Shown here piece after piece: positions 36,305 through 46,018 of a DNA stretch of 64,000 nt (position 1 is its first letter; the number at the start of each line of letters is the position of its first letter). The stretch comes from an uncultured Nitrospiraceae bacterium. GTDB lineage: Bacteria > Nitrospirota > Thermodesulfovibrionia > Thermodesulfovibrionales > UBA6898. The translations under genes were made by a program, and so were the position numbers. The stretch spans positions 155,047 through 219,046 of the forward strand of contig CAZDLA010000001.1 of the NCBI GenBank assembly GCA_964506525.1, in the 5' to 3' direction. The notes under the pieces are model-generated. The model did no database searches and was not told the DNA's origin. It saw only the letters and a program-made list of their open reading frames with translations.

Positions 36305-37522
36305 TTATCCTGCCAGCCCGAATGCTTCGTGAAGCACCCTGACAGCAAGCTCGGTATATTTCAGATCAATAACACAGGAGACCTTGATCTCAGATGTGCT
36401 GATCATGGCGATATTGATATTATTGGCAGCAAAGGTCTGAAACATCTTTGAGGCAACACCAGAATGGGTCCGCATGCCGACACCGATCACAGAAATCTTA
36501 CTGATGTCTTCTCTCTTGTCAACGCGCTCTGCTCCCAGTTCCTTTGCAATGGCTTCTGATACCTCAAGGGCTTTGCGTGTGTCGGTCTTCGGCACCGTAA
36601 AAGAAATATCAGCGAACTTTCCATCGCTGCTCACATTCTGCACGATCATGTCGACCACAATGTTTGAAGCTGCAATCGCCTCGAAAAGCTTTGCAGCGAT
36701 ACCCGGCTTATCAGGCACATTCACGATCGTGATCTTCGCCTGATTCTTGTCATATGCTATACCTGAAACGAAAACATTCTCCATATCCCTATCCTCCTCA
36801 ACAACCAGTGTTCCCGGATTATCATTAAAGCTGGACCTGACAACAACAGGCACCTTGTATTTCATCGCAAACTCAACTGAGCGCGTCTGCAAGACCTTTG
36901 CACCAAGACTTGCAAGCTCAAGCATCTCTTCATAGGATATTTTGTCGAGCTTGCGCGCTTCAGGCACAATGTTCGGGTCAGTAGTATAAACGCCGTCAAC
37001 ATCCGTATAGATCTCGCAAAGATCCGCCTTTATAGCAGAAGCGATTGCAACAGCAGAGAGATCAGAGCCTCCCCTGCCGAGGGTTGTAACATCCTCATTC
37101 GGCGTTATGCCCTGGAACCCTGCCAGCACTACAACAAAACCCTCATCCAGCGCCTTCTTGATACGTTCTCCATTGATACTCTCGATCTTCGCTTTTGTAT
37201 GGACCGCATCAGTAACAATGCCTGCCTGACGACCGGTAAAGGACTTTGCCTTATGGCCCAGCGCATCGATTGCCATGGCCGTAAGCGCACTGGTAACGCG
37301 CTCGCCCGACGACAGGAGCATGTCCAGCTCGCGCTCTGCCGGCGTTGCTGATATCTGATTGGCAAGTCCGATGAGCTTGTCTGTCTCGCCTGACATGGCG
37401 GAGACAACTACAACGACCTGGTTGCCCTGCTTAACGGTCTTTGCAACGCGGTTGGCAACATTCAAGATCCTCTCTGTGTTGCCGACTGATGTGCCGCCAT
37501 ATTTCTGAACTATGAGTGCCAC
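36305..37522 (-). CDS. lysC: Aspartate kinase
   Basis: 405 aa. [25 protein letters not shown], and a C-terminal pair of ACT domains. Confidence 0.9.
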   Translation of the reverse strand: MALIVQKYGGTSVGNTERILNVANRVAKTVKQGNQVVVVVSAMSGETDKLIGLANQISATPAERELDMLLSSGERVTSALTAMAIDALGHKAKSFTGRQAGIVTDAVHTKAKIESINGERIKKALDEGFVVVLAGFQGITPNEDVTTLGRGGSDLSAVAIASAIKADLCEIYTDVDGVYTTDPNIVPEARKLDKISYEEMLELASLGAKVLQTRSVEFAMKYKVPVVVRSSFNDNPGTLVVEEDRDMENVFVSGIAYDKNQAKITIVNVPDKPGIAAKLFEAIAASNIVVDMIVQNVSSDGKFADISFTVPKTDTRKALEVSEAIAKELGAERVDKREDISKISVIGVGMRTHSGVASKMFQTFAANNINIAMISTSEIKVSCVIDLKYTELAVRVLHEAFGLAG

Positions 37523-37536
37523 TTTCTCTCCTCCGC

Positions 37537-38745
37537 TTATCCTCTGATAAAAAAGTCCATCAGTTTATATCCCTCATCAAAAACCATAATGTCATCTCTC
37601 TCGGTGATCGTCTCATCATAGCCTGACACGGCATTACGCTTCTTCGCACGGCTGTCATAGAGCATGAACGGCACAGGCTCTGCCGAATGGGTTCTGATCG
37701 CCACCGGCGTTGCATGGTCAGGAAGCACCATGATCCTGTATTCAGGGAAATCCTTCATCCCTGCCAGAACACCACCAACAATAAACTTATCAAAATCCTC
37801 GATCGCCTGGATCTTATCCTTGCAGTTACCGGAGTGACCAGCCTCGTCAGGGGCCTCGACATGCAGATACACAAAGTCCACGCTTTTCAGCGCCTCGATC
37901 GTAGCATCAGCCTTGCCCTGATAATTGGTATCAAGATATCCTGTCATGCCCGGGACCTTAAGAATCTCGAAACCTGCATAAATGCCGAGTCCCTTTGTCA
38001 GATCAACTGCTGATACAAGAGCGCCGCTGATACCGTATTTTTCGCGAAAGGTCGGCATCTGAGGTCGCCTGCCCTGCCCCCAGAGCCAGACGCTGTTTCC
38101 GGGGTTCTTCCCCTCCCTGACCCTGTTCCTGTTCACAGGATGGCTCTCAAGAATATCAACTGACTCCATCATGATCTTTCTGATCACCTCTTCACCCTTG
38201 CCTACCGGTAGATAATCGATGATCTCCTTGCCGAGCATGTCATGGGGTGGAACACATTCGATATCAGTTGATCCATCAGCCCAGACCATCAGGTGCCGAT
38301 AGCTGACTCCCGGATAGAATGATATTGTTTCCGTGCCAAGCTGACTGCCCACCTCTTTGATCAATACTGCTGCTTCATCGGTTGATATGTGGCCGCTGCT
38401 GTAGTCTTCCATTACAGCCCTGGTCCTATCCCGATTGTATTTGAGGGTAACGAGATTACACCGGAAAGCAACGTCGTTATTCCGCAGGTCAACGCCGATG
38501 CTTGCAGCTTCAAGCGGAGCTCTGCCGGAGTAATATTTAACTGGGTCGTAACCAAGGATGCTCAGGTTGGCAACATCAGAACCCGGGTGCATGCCTTCAG
38601 GCACGGTTCTCACCTTCCCCAGGATGCTTGTTGAGGCGAGACTGTCCATATTTGGCGTATGGGCCTTCTGCAGCGGAGTTTTCCCGCCGAGCTCTTCCAC
38701 TGGCCTGTCAGCCATGCCATCTCCCAGAATTACGACGTATTTCAT
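37537..38745 (-). CDS. Cofactor-independent phosphoglycerate mutase-like protein, proposed alternative homoserine kinase
   Basis: 402 aa. Archaeal-type iPGM/metalloenzyme motifs ([38 protein letters not shown]). It is sandwiched between thrC and lysC with 3-16-nt gaps, the context described for the proposed homoserine kinase subgroup of this family. Confidence 0.65.
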   Translation of the reverse strand: MKYVVILGDGMADRPVEELGGKTPLQKAHTPNMDSLASTSILGKVRTVPEGMHPGSDVANLSILGYDPVKYYSGRAPLEAASIGVDLRNNDVAFRCNLVTLKYNRDRTRAVMEDYSSGHISTDEAAVLIKEVGSQLGTETISFYPGVSYRHLMVWADGSTDIECVPPHDMLGKEIIDYLPVGKGEEVIRKIMMESVDILESHPVNRNRVREGKNPGNSVWLWGQGRRPQMPTFREKYGISGALVSAVDLTKGLGIYAGFEILKVPGMTGYLDTNYQGKADATIEALKSVDFVYLHVEAPDEAGHSGNCKDKIQAIEDFDKFIVGGVLAGMKDFPEYRIMVLPDHATPVAIRTHSAEPVPFMLYDSRAKKRNAVSGYDETITERDDIMVFDEGYKLMDFFIRG

Positions 38746-38748
38746 GAA

Positions 38749-38988
38749 TTATTCGATGATATCGCCGACTACCATTTCGACTTCGATGCCTTTTCCCTTC
38801 AGAAAAGCTACGCCCTTATCGAGATCATCCTGAGCCCCCTCGAGCTCAAGCACCATCTCACCGACAGATTCCGTAATCCTGGCTCGCCTGATATTCGGCA
38901 TCACATTGAACTGCTGTGCCATGGTGAAAAGCATCGGCTCCTTGATGAGGTTCTGCGGAAAGGTCAGTTTCACGCGTGTCTTCATCAT
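38749..38988 (-). CDS. NIL-domain protein
   Basis: The 79-aa ORF VKLTFPQNLIKEPMLFTMAQQFNVMPNIRRARITESVGEMVLELEG resembles the NIL domain found at the C-terminus of MetN and in homocysteine-biosynthesis accessory proteins. Confidence 0.6.
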   Translation of the reverse strand: MMKTRVKLTFPQNLIKEPMLFTMAQQFNVMPNIRRARITESVGEMVLELEGAQDDLDKGVAFLKGKGIEVEMVVGDIIE

Positions 38989-38994
38989 GCGCTC

Positions 38995-39273
38995 CTAACA
39001 GGCTCCGCCTGCTATAGCAGGAACAATCGAGACCTCATCGCCGTCCTTTACCAGTGTTTCCTCGGCACTAAGGAAGCGTATGTCCTCATCGTTGAGATAG
39101 ATGTTCACGAACCTGCGAATCTTGCCATTCTCTGAAACTCTCTCTGCCAGCCCAGGGTAAGACCTGTCCAGCTCATTCACCAACGCAATGACTGTTCCCG
39201 CTGTTCCATCGACCTCTTCCTTTCCCTGTGTCAGTTTCTGAAGCGGTGTGGGTATTCTTACTTTCACTGCCAT
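38995..39273 (-). CDS. MoaD/ThiS-family sulfur-carrier protein with GG-AC C-terminus
   Basis: 92 aa with a beta-grasp pattern (VKVRIPTPL...DGDEVSIVPAIAGGAC). The di-Gly codons are at 39004-39009, followed by Ala-Cys and then the stop. Confidence 0.7.
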   Translation of the reverse strand: MAVKVRIPTPLQKLTQGKEEVDGTAGTVIALVNELDRSYPGLAERVSENGKIRRFVNIYLNDEDIRFLSAEETLVKDGDEVSIVPAIAGGAC

Positions 39274-39289
39274 AACTCATCCCTCCTTG

Positions 39290-40531
39290 TTATTGGGCCT
39301 TGTTTATTTTTTCAAGCACTTCCTCGAAAGAGGAGAGGCTCGGCTTTATATAGTGCGGCAATGTTGTCTGTCCCTGCAAAGCTTCCTGAGTCTTCAACCC
39401 GTTTCCGGTAATGCAGATGACCGTCAACTCGTCGCGCTTAATCTTTCCGCTCTCGATCAGCTTACGGGTCGCTGCCAGGGTAACGCCTCCTGCTGTCTCG
39501 GCAAAAATACCTTCGGTCCTTGCGAGAAGCTTTATGGCTTCGATGATCTCCTGATCAGTGACATCCTCAGCATGTCCGCCGGTCTCCCTGATCACCTGGG
39601 ACGCGTAAAATCCGTCTGCAGGATTTCCGATAGCAAGCGATTTTGCGATCGTGTTCGGTTTCACCGGCCGGATAATGTCAGTGCCTGCCTTGACCGCAGC
39701 AGCAATGGGATTGCAGCCTGCAGCCTGGGAACCGAAGATCTTTGTATCAAGCTCCTTCAGGATGCCTATTTCCTTGAACTCCTTGAGCGCTTTCCACACT
39801 TTGGTCAGAAGCGAACCGCTTGCACAGGGCACAACAATATTATCAGGAGCCTTCCATCCAAGCTGCTCTGCGATCTCAAAGCCGATGGTCTTGGACCCTT
39901 CTGCGTAAAAGGGCCTGATATTGATATTCACAAAGGCCCAACGGTATTTGTTTGCAACTTCACTGCAGAGCCTGTTCACGTCATCGTAATTGCCGTCAAC
40001 AGCAATGAGATTCGGTTCATAGACCAGCGATGCCACGATCTTGCTCGCCTCAAGTGTTGCAGGAATGAAGATAAACCGGTTGAAGCCTGCCCGCGCACCA
40101 TGGGCAGACACAGAATGCGCAAGGTTTCCGGTGGATGCACAGGCAACCGTATCGAAATTGAACTCTTTCGCCTTGGTCAGCGCAACCGCAACAACACGGT
40201 CCTTGAACGAAAGCGTAGGATGGACAACGGTATCGTCCTTGATATAGAGCTCATCAATGCCGAGAGCCTTTGCAAGACGGTCTGCCTTAATGAGCGGCGT
40301 GAAACCGGAATTAAGGCCTACCTGGGGTTCGCCGTCAATCGGCAGGAGTTCCCTATACCGCCAGAGGTTTTCCGGACGCTGCTCGATCTTCTTTCTTGTT
40401 ATTGCCTTTGCAATACCGGGGTAATCATACGCTACTTCAAGAGGACCAAAACAGAACTCACAGACATAAATGGGGTCAACCGGATACTCCCTGCCGCATT
40501 CCCTGCATTTGAGTCCTTTTACGTATCCCAT
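39290..40531 (-). CDS. thrC: Threonine synthase family PLP enzyme with N-terminal zinc ribbon
   Basis: 413 aa. CRECG...CEFC ribbon. PLP-lysine motif PTLSFKDR. Body typical of ThrC (ASTGN, GNPADG, ITGNGLK). Confidence 0.8.
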   Translation of the reverse strand: MGYVKGLKCRECGREYPVDPIYVCEFCFGPLEVAYDYPGIAKAITRKKIEQRPENLWRYRELLPIDGEPQVGLNSGFTPLIKADRLAKALGIDELYIKDDTVVHPTLSFKDRVVAVALTKAKEFNFDTVACASTGNLAHSVSAHGARAGFNRFIFIPATLEASKIVASLVYEPNLIAVDGNYDDVNRLCSEVANKYRWAFVNINIRPFYAEGSKTIGFEIAEQLGWKAPDNIVVPCASGSLLTKVWKALKEFKEIGILKELDTKIFGSQAAGCNPIAAAVKAGTDIIRPVKPNTIAKSLAIGNPADGFYASQVIRETGGHAEDVTDQEIIEAIKLLARTEGIFAETAGGVTLAATRKLIESGKIKRDELTVICITGNGLKTQEALQGQTTLPHYIKPSLSSFEEVLEKINKAQ

Positions 40532-40635
40532 CGCACACCTCTCCTGCTTAAAGTCCCTTATTTTACTGCAAACGTGGAATAATTGAAAGTATCAGCAGTC
40601 GTAACACAACCGGTGCTGTGCCGGCAATAGTGCGG

Positions 40636-43305
40636 CTATGAATCGAGGACTTCTCTGACTTTCTGCAGAAGTCTCATGGGCGAAACAGGCTTGGGAATAA
40701 AGGAAATCCCCTTGTCGAGAACCCCTTTTTTGTGAAGCAGATCATCCGTATAGCCGCTCATAAACAGAGTCTTTATGCCTGGTTCCTGAGTCATAATTGC
40801 GTCATAGACCTCTTTGCCATTCTTCTTGGGGAGTATCACATCAAGGAGAAGCATCTGTATGCGACCCTTATTCTCCTGATATCGCAACAGGGCCTCTTCT
40901 CCGTCCTGAGCAACTATGACGGTATACCCGAACTTTTGGAGCACATCCCTGTTGAGCTCTCTGACCATCATGTCATCTTCGACCAGCAGCAGCGTTTCGC
41001 TGCCCCTTTTCACCTGGACATAATCAGGAGACTTCAGCTCCTCCACGGTCTCGGCAATTAACGGCAGCAATATCCTGAATGTTGTCCCTTTGCCGGGCTC
41101 ACTTTCGATCTCGATGAACCCGTCATGCTGCTTTATAATGCCGTATACGATGGCAAGACCAAGACCAGTGCCCTTTCCTACTTCCTTGGTCGTAAAGAAT
41201 GGCTCAAAGATCCTCTCTTTCAGGTTTTTATCCATGCCAACGCCAGAATCACTCACTGATATGAGGGCATACATGCCTGACTTTTCTCCGGCATGCTTTC
41301 TCACAAACTCATCGTCAAGATACACAGCCCTTGTCTCGATGACCAGGTTACCGCCTTGCGGCATTGCATCACGGGCGTTTGTTACGAGATTCATAAGTAT
41401 CTGCTCCATTTGCATACTGTCTGCCATGATGATCAGGTCTCGATTATGGAACAGAGTCTGCAGCCGTATATCCTCACCAATAAGTCTTGACAGCAGCTTC
41501 TCTGTTTTTTCGACAACTCCGTTAAGATTCAGGGGCTTGGGATTTATCACCTGCTTTCTGCTGAAGGCAAGCAGACTCTGTGTAAGATTCGCCGCCTTTT
41601 CGGAAGAAGTGAGAATATGCTCCACATAGGCATGGAGCGGATCGGCCGCATCAAGCTTCATCTTCAGAAGATTGCCATATCCGATTATTGCAGTCAGGAT
41701 ATTATTGAAATCATGGGCAACGCCGCCGGCCAGCTCTCCTACAGCCTCCATCTTCTGGGCATGCATAAGCTGATTCTCCAGATGCTTTCGCTCCGTGATA
41801 TCCCGATACTGCCATACATGACCCAGCACTGCACCGTCAGAGACGATCGGCACGTAATCGCGTTCAAAGATCCTGCCGTCCACAAGCTGAAGCTCTTCAT
41901 TGGCAACAATATTTCCGTTTCTCATCACCTCTTCAATGCGCTGAACATAATGAAGGGGATCTACGAAAAGACCCATACGTTCCTTGGCTGCTTTTCTGCT
42001 ATCAGCACCGATGAACTGCTCCGGACCAGAGGCCTCATTGAACATGCGGCAAAAGGTCTGGTTCGTAAGCGCTATGGTGCGGTCGGCATTCTCAAAGACA
42101 ACGCCGAACTGCAGATTCTCCAGAAGCGTTGAGAGCTTTGCGGTCATATCAGCAAGGTCCCTGTCAGAGCGCATGCGCTCAAGCTCAGCTGAAACACGCA
42201 TCGCAAAGAACTGCAGGAGGGATGAAACAAGCGGCAGTTTCTCAAGAGGTTTACCATCCAAAACAACAAGGATACCTATAACCCTGCTATCGGAATCAAA
42301 GACCGGCGTGCCAGCGTAGCTTTCAATGCCCATCTGGACAAGGAGTTCATCTTTGGGAAACTTCTGTTGAATGCTATCCGGATACATACATATACCTGCT
42401 TCAAGAACTTTACTGCAGGGCGTATGATCGAGATGATACTGAAAATTATCAACAATGCTGCCGTGGGCATAGACACTGACCGTATCAACAAGCCGTGAGT
42501 CATCATTCTTCAGCACCCCGACAAAGACATAATCAACGCCGAGTGTCCTGGCCAGACTGGTTACCAGTCGCCGGAAGAATTCATCACCAGTGGCCATTGA
42601 GATGCCCTCAGAGATCTGTACAAATGTTTCTTCGATCTCCTTCATATCCGTAATATCCTGAATCGTCTCAATCGCGGCAATCATATGACCCTGCGGATCA
42701 TGCAGCGGTGCTGCCTCCAGAACGAGATAACGCCGTTTGCCGCCAAGACTTTCATACCACCCTTCTGCCCGTATGCCGTTCTCGGTCAGGGGAGACATTC
42801 CAACCTTTTTATAATAGAGCGATGCATCTCCGGTGCTGTTATCAAGGATCAGATCGAGAAGGGTCGGTCGCTCTTCTGTGTAAAAAGCCTTCCAATGTTG
42901 ATTGGTATCGATAACTGAAGATGCCGCTGTGCCGGTCAACTGCTCGCAGGCTCTGTTCCAGAAGATAACCTTATGTTCACTATTTATGACAAATGTTGCA
43001 GCAGAACATCGCTGGAGCAGGAGTTCGGTAAACCCCTTCTGCTCATGGAGTGCCTTTTCGGCAGCTTCCCGCTCAATTATATGACGGTGCAGCGGCCTGA
43101 AGATAAAGAAATAGAGCATGGGGAAAACCAGAAAACTCAGAAGGAGCGCATCCAACAGGGCTACCACTGACCAGTCAAGAGACCTGAAGCGGGATAATAT
43201 TGCCATGCTTGCAACTTCAGCCACAAAGATGGAAAGCCCAACAATAAGGAGCAGTTGATAAAGGCTTTTCACCCCACTGCGTGATTTATTTAGTTCTTCT
43301 TTCAT
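40636..43305 (-). CDS. Hybrid sensor histidine kinase (2 TM, PAS, GAF, PAS, HisKA, HATPase_c, receiver)
   Basis: 889 aa. H-box GGVAHDFNNIL. N/G boxes (NLVTNARDAM, DSGVGM, GKGTGLGL). C-terminal REC (LLVEDD...LLDVILP...K). Confidence 0.85.
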   Translation of the reverse strand: MKEELNKSRSGVKSLYQLLLIVGLSIFVAEVASMAILSRFRSLDWSVVALLDALLLSFLVFPMLYFFIFRPLHRHIIEREAAEKALHEQKGFTELLLQRCSAATFVINSEHKVIFWNRACEQLTGTAASSVIDTNQHWKAFYTEERPTLLDLILDNSTGDASLYYKKVGMSPLTENGIRAEGWYESLGGKRRYLVLEAAPLHDPQGHMIAAIETIQDITDMKEIEETFVQISEGISMATGDEFFRRLVTSLARTLGVDYVFVGVLKNDDSRLVDTVSVYAHGSIVDNFQYHLDHTPCSKVLEAGICMYPDSIQQKFPKDELLVQMGIESYAGTPVFDSDSRVIGILVVLDGKPLEKLPLVSSLLQFFAMRVSAELERMRSDRDLADMTAKLSTLLENLQFGVVFENADRTIALTNQTFCRMFNEASGPEQFIGADSRKAAKERMGLFVDPLHYVQRIEEVMRNGNIVANEELQLVDGRIFERDYVPIVSDGAVLGHVWQYRDITERKHLENQLMHAQKMEAVGELAGGVAHDFNNILTAIIGYGNLLKMKLDAADPLHAYVEHILTSSEKAANLTQSLLAFSRKQVINPKPLNLNGVVEKTEKLLSRLIGEDIRLQTLFHNRDLIIMADSMQMEQILMNLVTNARDAMPQGGNLVIETRAVYLDDEFVRKHAGEKSGMYALISVSDSGVGMDKNLKERIFEPFFTTKEVGKGTGLGLAIVYGIIKQHDGFIEIESEPGKGTTFRILLPLIAETVEELKSPDYVQVKRGSETLLLVEDDMMVRELNRDVLQKFGYTVIVAQDGEEALLRYQENKGRIQMLLLDVILPKKNGKEVYDAIMTQEPGIKTLFMSGYTDDLLHKKGVLDKGISFIPKPVSPMRLLQKVREVLDS

Positions 43306-43458
43306 CGATCCTTCCGGTTACATCTCAATTTCAGAATACAACAAGGCAGGGACGAAAACAACTGCGAAAATACCGGATGTCATGAGCTCTTTCGCTGTTT
43401 TCGACTCCGTTGCTGCTTAAGGCACCTACTTTTGGTTAAAGCACCTACTTTTGGCCGT

Positions 43459-44238
43459 TTACACTCCCTTGTGGGGTGGCCTACTTTTGGCCTCATCCCA
43501 GAGCGCGTCCATTTGCGCAAGACTCATATCTGAGAGTTTCTCGCCCTTCTCTGCAGCGGCCATCTCAATATACCGAAAGCGGGATATGAACTTGCCGATC
43601 GTTTTTCTAAGAGCCTCTTCAGGGTTCACGCCGATAAAGCGTGAGATATTCACGATCATGAAGAGTATATCGCCGAGTTCGTCTTCAATAGGGGCTTCCT
43701 TTCTGGTCTTCACCGCCTCTTTGAATTCTGCGACCTCTTCGTCAAGTTTGGCTAACACATCATCGATCTTTTCCCAGTCAAAGCCGACCTTTGCAGCGCG
43801 GTCCTGAAGCTTTTTTGCACGAAGAAGCGCAGGCATGGTCTTCGGTATGCCTTCCAGTATCGACTCTTTCTGCTTGCCTTCCCTTTTCTTGTGCTCGTCC
43901 CATTTGACCAGAACCTCTTCAGATGTTCTGATATCAGCATTGCCGAAGACATGCGGATGGCGTGAGATCATCTTCATTGCTATGCCATCGATAACATCCC
44001 CAAGTCCGAACTCGCCCTTCTCTTCAGCTACCCGACTCTGGAAGACGATCTGAAACAGGAGATCGCCTAATTCCTCTTTCACCGCATCGCTGTCTTTCTC
44101 GTCAATGGCATCAAGCACCTCATAGGCCTCTTCAATAATAAAGGGCTTGAGCGATTCCCGTGTTTGCTCCTTGTCCCAGGGACAGCCTTTCTCTCCCCTT
44201 AGCGCAGCCATGATCTTTATCAGTTCTTCAAGGTTCAT
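43459..44238 (-). CDS. mazG: Nucleoside triphosphate pyrophosphohydrolase MazG
   Basis: Tandem MazG domains (GCPWDKEQTRESL, EEAYEV, EELGDLLF; second EExAE.KEA, ELGDILF). ATG at 44238 is preferred; the track offers an alternative GTG at 44256. Confidence 0.85.
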   Translation of the reverse strand: MNLEELIKIMAALRGEKGCPWDKEQTRESLKPFIIEEAYEVLDAIDEKDSDAVKEELGDLLFQIVFQSRVAEEKGEFGLGDVIDGIAMKMISRHPHVFGNADIRTSEEVLVKWDEHKKREGKQKESILEGIPKTMPALLRAKKLQDRAAKVGFDWEKIDDVLAKLDEEVAEFKEAVKTRKEAPIEDELGDILFMIVNISRFIGVNPEEALRKTIGKFISRFRYIEMAAAEKGEKLSDMSLAQMDALWDEAKSRPPHKGV

Positions 44239-44295
44239 AGAATGTAATAATATCACAATAGTACAGATTTCCCCCTGAATGCCCTACAATATCCC

Positions 44296-45417
44296 ATGGC
44301 TGAATTCCTGTATATCCATATCCCTTTCTGTGCAAAGAAGTGTATGTATTGCGACTTTCTTTCGATTCCGTATGATCAGTCTCTCGCAGAGAACTATACC
44401 CGTGCGGTCTGCAGGGAACTTGAGCTAAAAAAAGATCTTACCAACACCCTGAAAACTATCTTCTTTGGCGGCGGCACCCCGACGATTCTCTCCGATGACT
44501 GCTTTCATGACATATTTGACAAGCTCAGGAAGAACTTCATGCTTGCACCTTCAGCAGAGATTACCGTTGAAGCAAATCCAGGGACCTTGACAGAAAATAA
44601 ACTCGAGACCCTGGCAGCGCTTGGTGTGAACCGGCTGAGCCTCGGCGTTCAATCCTTTCAGGATGATGAACTCAAAACACTCGGAAGAATCCATAATACA
44701 GATGAGGCATTACGGTCAGCAGAGATGATCCGCGCTGCAGGCATCGAGAACTTTTCCCTGGACCTCATCTATGGCATTCCGCAGCAGACCATCACATCCT
44801 GGAAGAAAACGATAGATCAAGCTGTTGCCCTTTCCCCAAAACATATCTCTGCTTATGAACTGACACCAGAGGCGCAGACACCGCTCAAGAGATGCCTTGA
44901 TTCAGGGGAGATGAGAATGCCCGGCGAAGAGCTGATTCTCGACATGTCTGAGCTCACGATCGATCTCCTTGCAGCGTCACGATATGAACAGTATGAGATA
45001 TCGAACTATGCGCTTCCAGGTTATCGCTGTTTACACAACATGAATTACTGGGATCGCGGTGACTATCTTGCAGCAGGTGCAGGGGCCCATGGGTTTATCA
45101 GGGGATATCGGACAAGCAATACCCGTGACATCAAGGACTATATCAAGAAACTGGACATGGGTATTATCCCAGAAGAACGTACCGAAATAACCTGCAAGGA
45201 TTCATTGAAAGAGTTCATCTTCCTCGGTCTGAGAAAAAATAACGGCATCCGCCTCTTGGATGCCGCAGACCTTGACCTCAAACTTCCTGAAACATCAATC
45301 GAAATGGTAAGGGAAGGTTTTGTGGAGCTCACGGAAACGCACTTCCGACTTACCAGAAAGGGCCGGCATATTGCCAATACAGTAATTGTCCGACTGCTTG
45401 AAGACCTGGACCTTTGA
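44296..45417 (+). CDS. hemW: Radical-SAM heme chaperone HemW (HemN-like, oxygen-independent coproporphyrinogen oxidase family)
   Basis: 373 aa. YIHIPFCAKKCMYCDF (CxxxCxxC), a GGGTP motif and a HemN_C-like tail. Confidence 0.8.
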   Translation: MAEFLYIHIPFCAKKCMYCDFLSIPYDQSLAENYTRAVCRELELKKDLTNTLKTIFFGGGTPTILSDDCFHDIFDKLRKNFMLAPSAEITVEANPGTLTENKLETLAALGVNRLSLGVQSFQDDELKTLGRIHNTDEALRSAEMIRAAGIENFSLDLIYGIPQQTITSWKKTIDQAVALSPKHISAYELTPEAQTPLKRCLDSGEMRMPGEELILDMSELTIDLLAASRYEQYEISNYALPGYRCLHNMNYWDRGDYLAAGAGAHGFIRGYRTSNTRDIKDYIKKLDMGIIPEERTEITCKDSLKEFIFLGLRKNNGIRLLDAADLDLKLPETSIEMVREGFVELTETHFRLTRKGRHIANTVIVRLLEDLDL

Positions 45418-45990
45418 TTATGCGTGGATCTTTTTCAGGAGCCAGGCCATATTCTCGCCCAGGTGCGTAAATGTCGTAATGCCCTCTTCATCCTTTAAGA
45501 CCTCGCCGGGGTTCCTGCCCTGGCCAATGCTCCAGTAGCTTGAACCGGGAATAATCATATGACTGATGCCGAAGAAGTAGTTAATGCTTGAATACGCATC
45601 AGTTCCTCCGGCACGCCTGAATGATACAACTGCAGTCCCAACCTTGCGTTTGAAGAGATGGTCATTTGCCCTGGCAACAAGGCCTGCTCGGTCAATAAGA
45701 GCCTTCACCTCGGTCGAGACATTGGCAAAATAGGTCGGGGAGCCGATGATAATCCCGTCTGCGCTGATCATCTTTTCGACAAAGCCATTCAGTTCATCCT
45801 TCTGGATACAGCGGTTATTCTTCAGTTCAAAGCATTTATAACAGGCCTTGCATCCCTTGATGTCTGTGCCGCCAAGCTGAAGATACTCTGTCTCGATTCC
45901 TTCCTTCTTCAATACATCAAGAACGACATTGATCGCATCACGCGTATTTCCTTCTTTTCTCGGACTTCCGTTCAAAGCAACTACTTTCAT
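45418..45990 (-). CDS. Iron-sulfur flavoprotein / NADPH-dependent FMN reductase family
   Basis: 190 aa. MKVVALNGSPRKEGNT. Compact Cys cluster CKACYKCFELKNNRC (Cx2Cx2Cx7C). SPTYF flavodoxin-like motif. Confidence 0.7.
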   Translation of the reverse strand: MKVVALNGSPRKEGNTRDAINVVLDVLKKEGIETEYLQLGGTDIKGCKACYKCFELKNNRCIQKDELNGFVEKMISADGIIIGSPTYFANVSTEVKALIDRAGLVARANDHLFKRKVGTAVVSFRRAGGTDAYSSINYFFGISHMIIPGSSYWSIGQGRNPGEVLKDEEGITTFTHLGENMAWLLKKIHA

Positions 45991-46018
45991 GGCTTAACTC
46001 CTTTATGTAAGAACATTA

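Noticed and set aside
39248-40582. 444-aa plus-strand ORF.
   Set aside because: It is exactly antisense to the thrC-like gene, which carries unmistakable PLP-enzyme motifs. The plus-strand product is Cys/Arg-rich with no recognisable domain.
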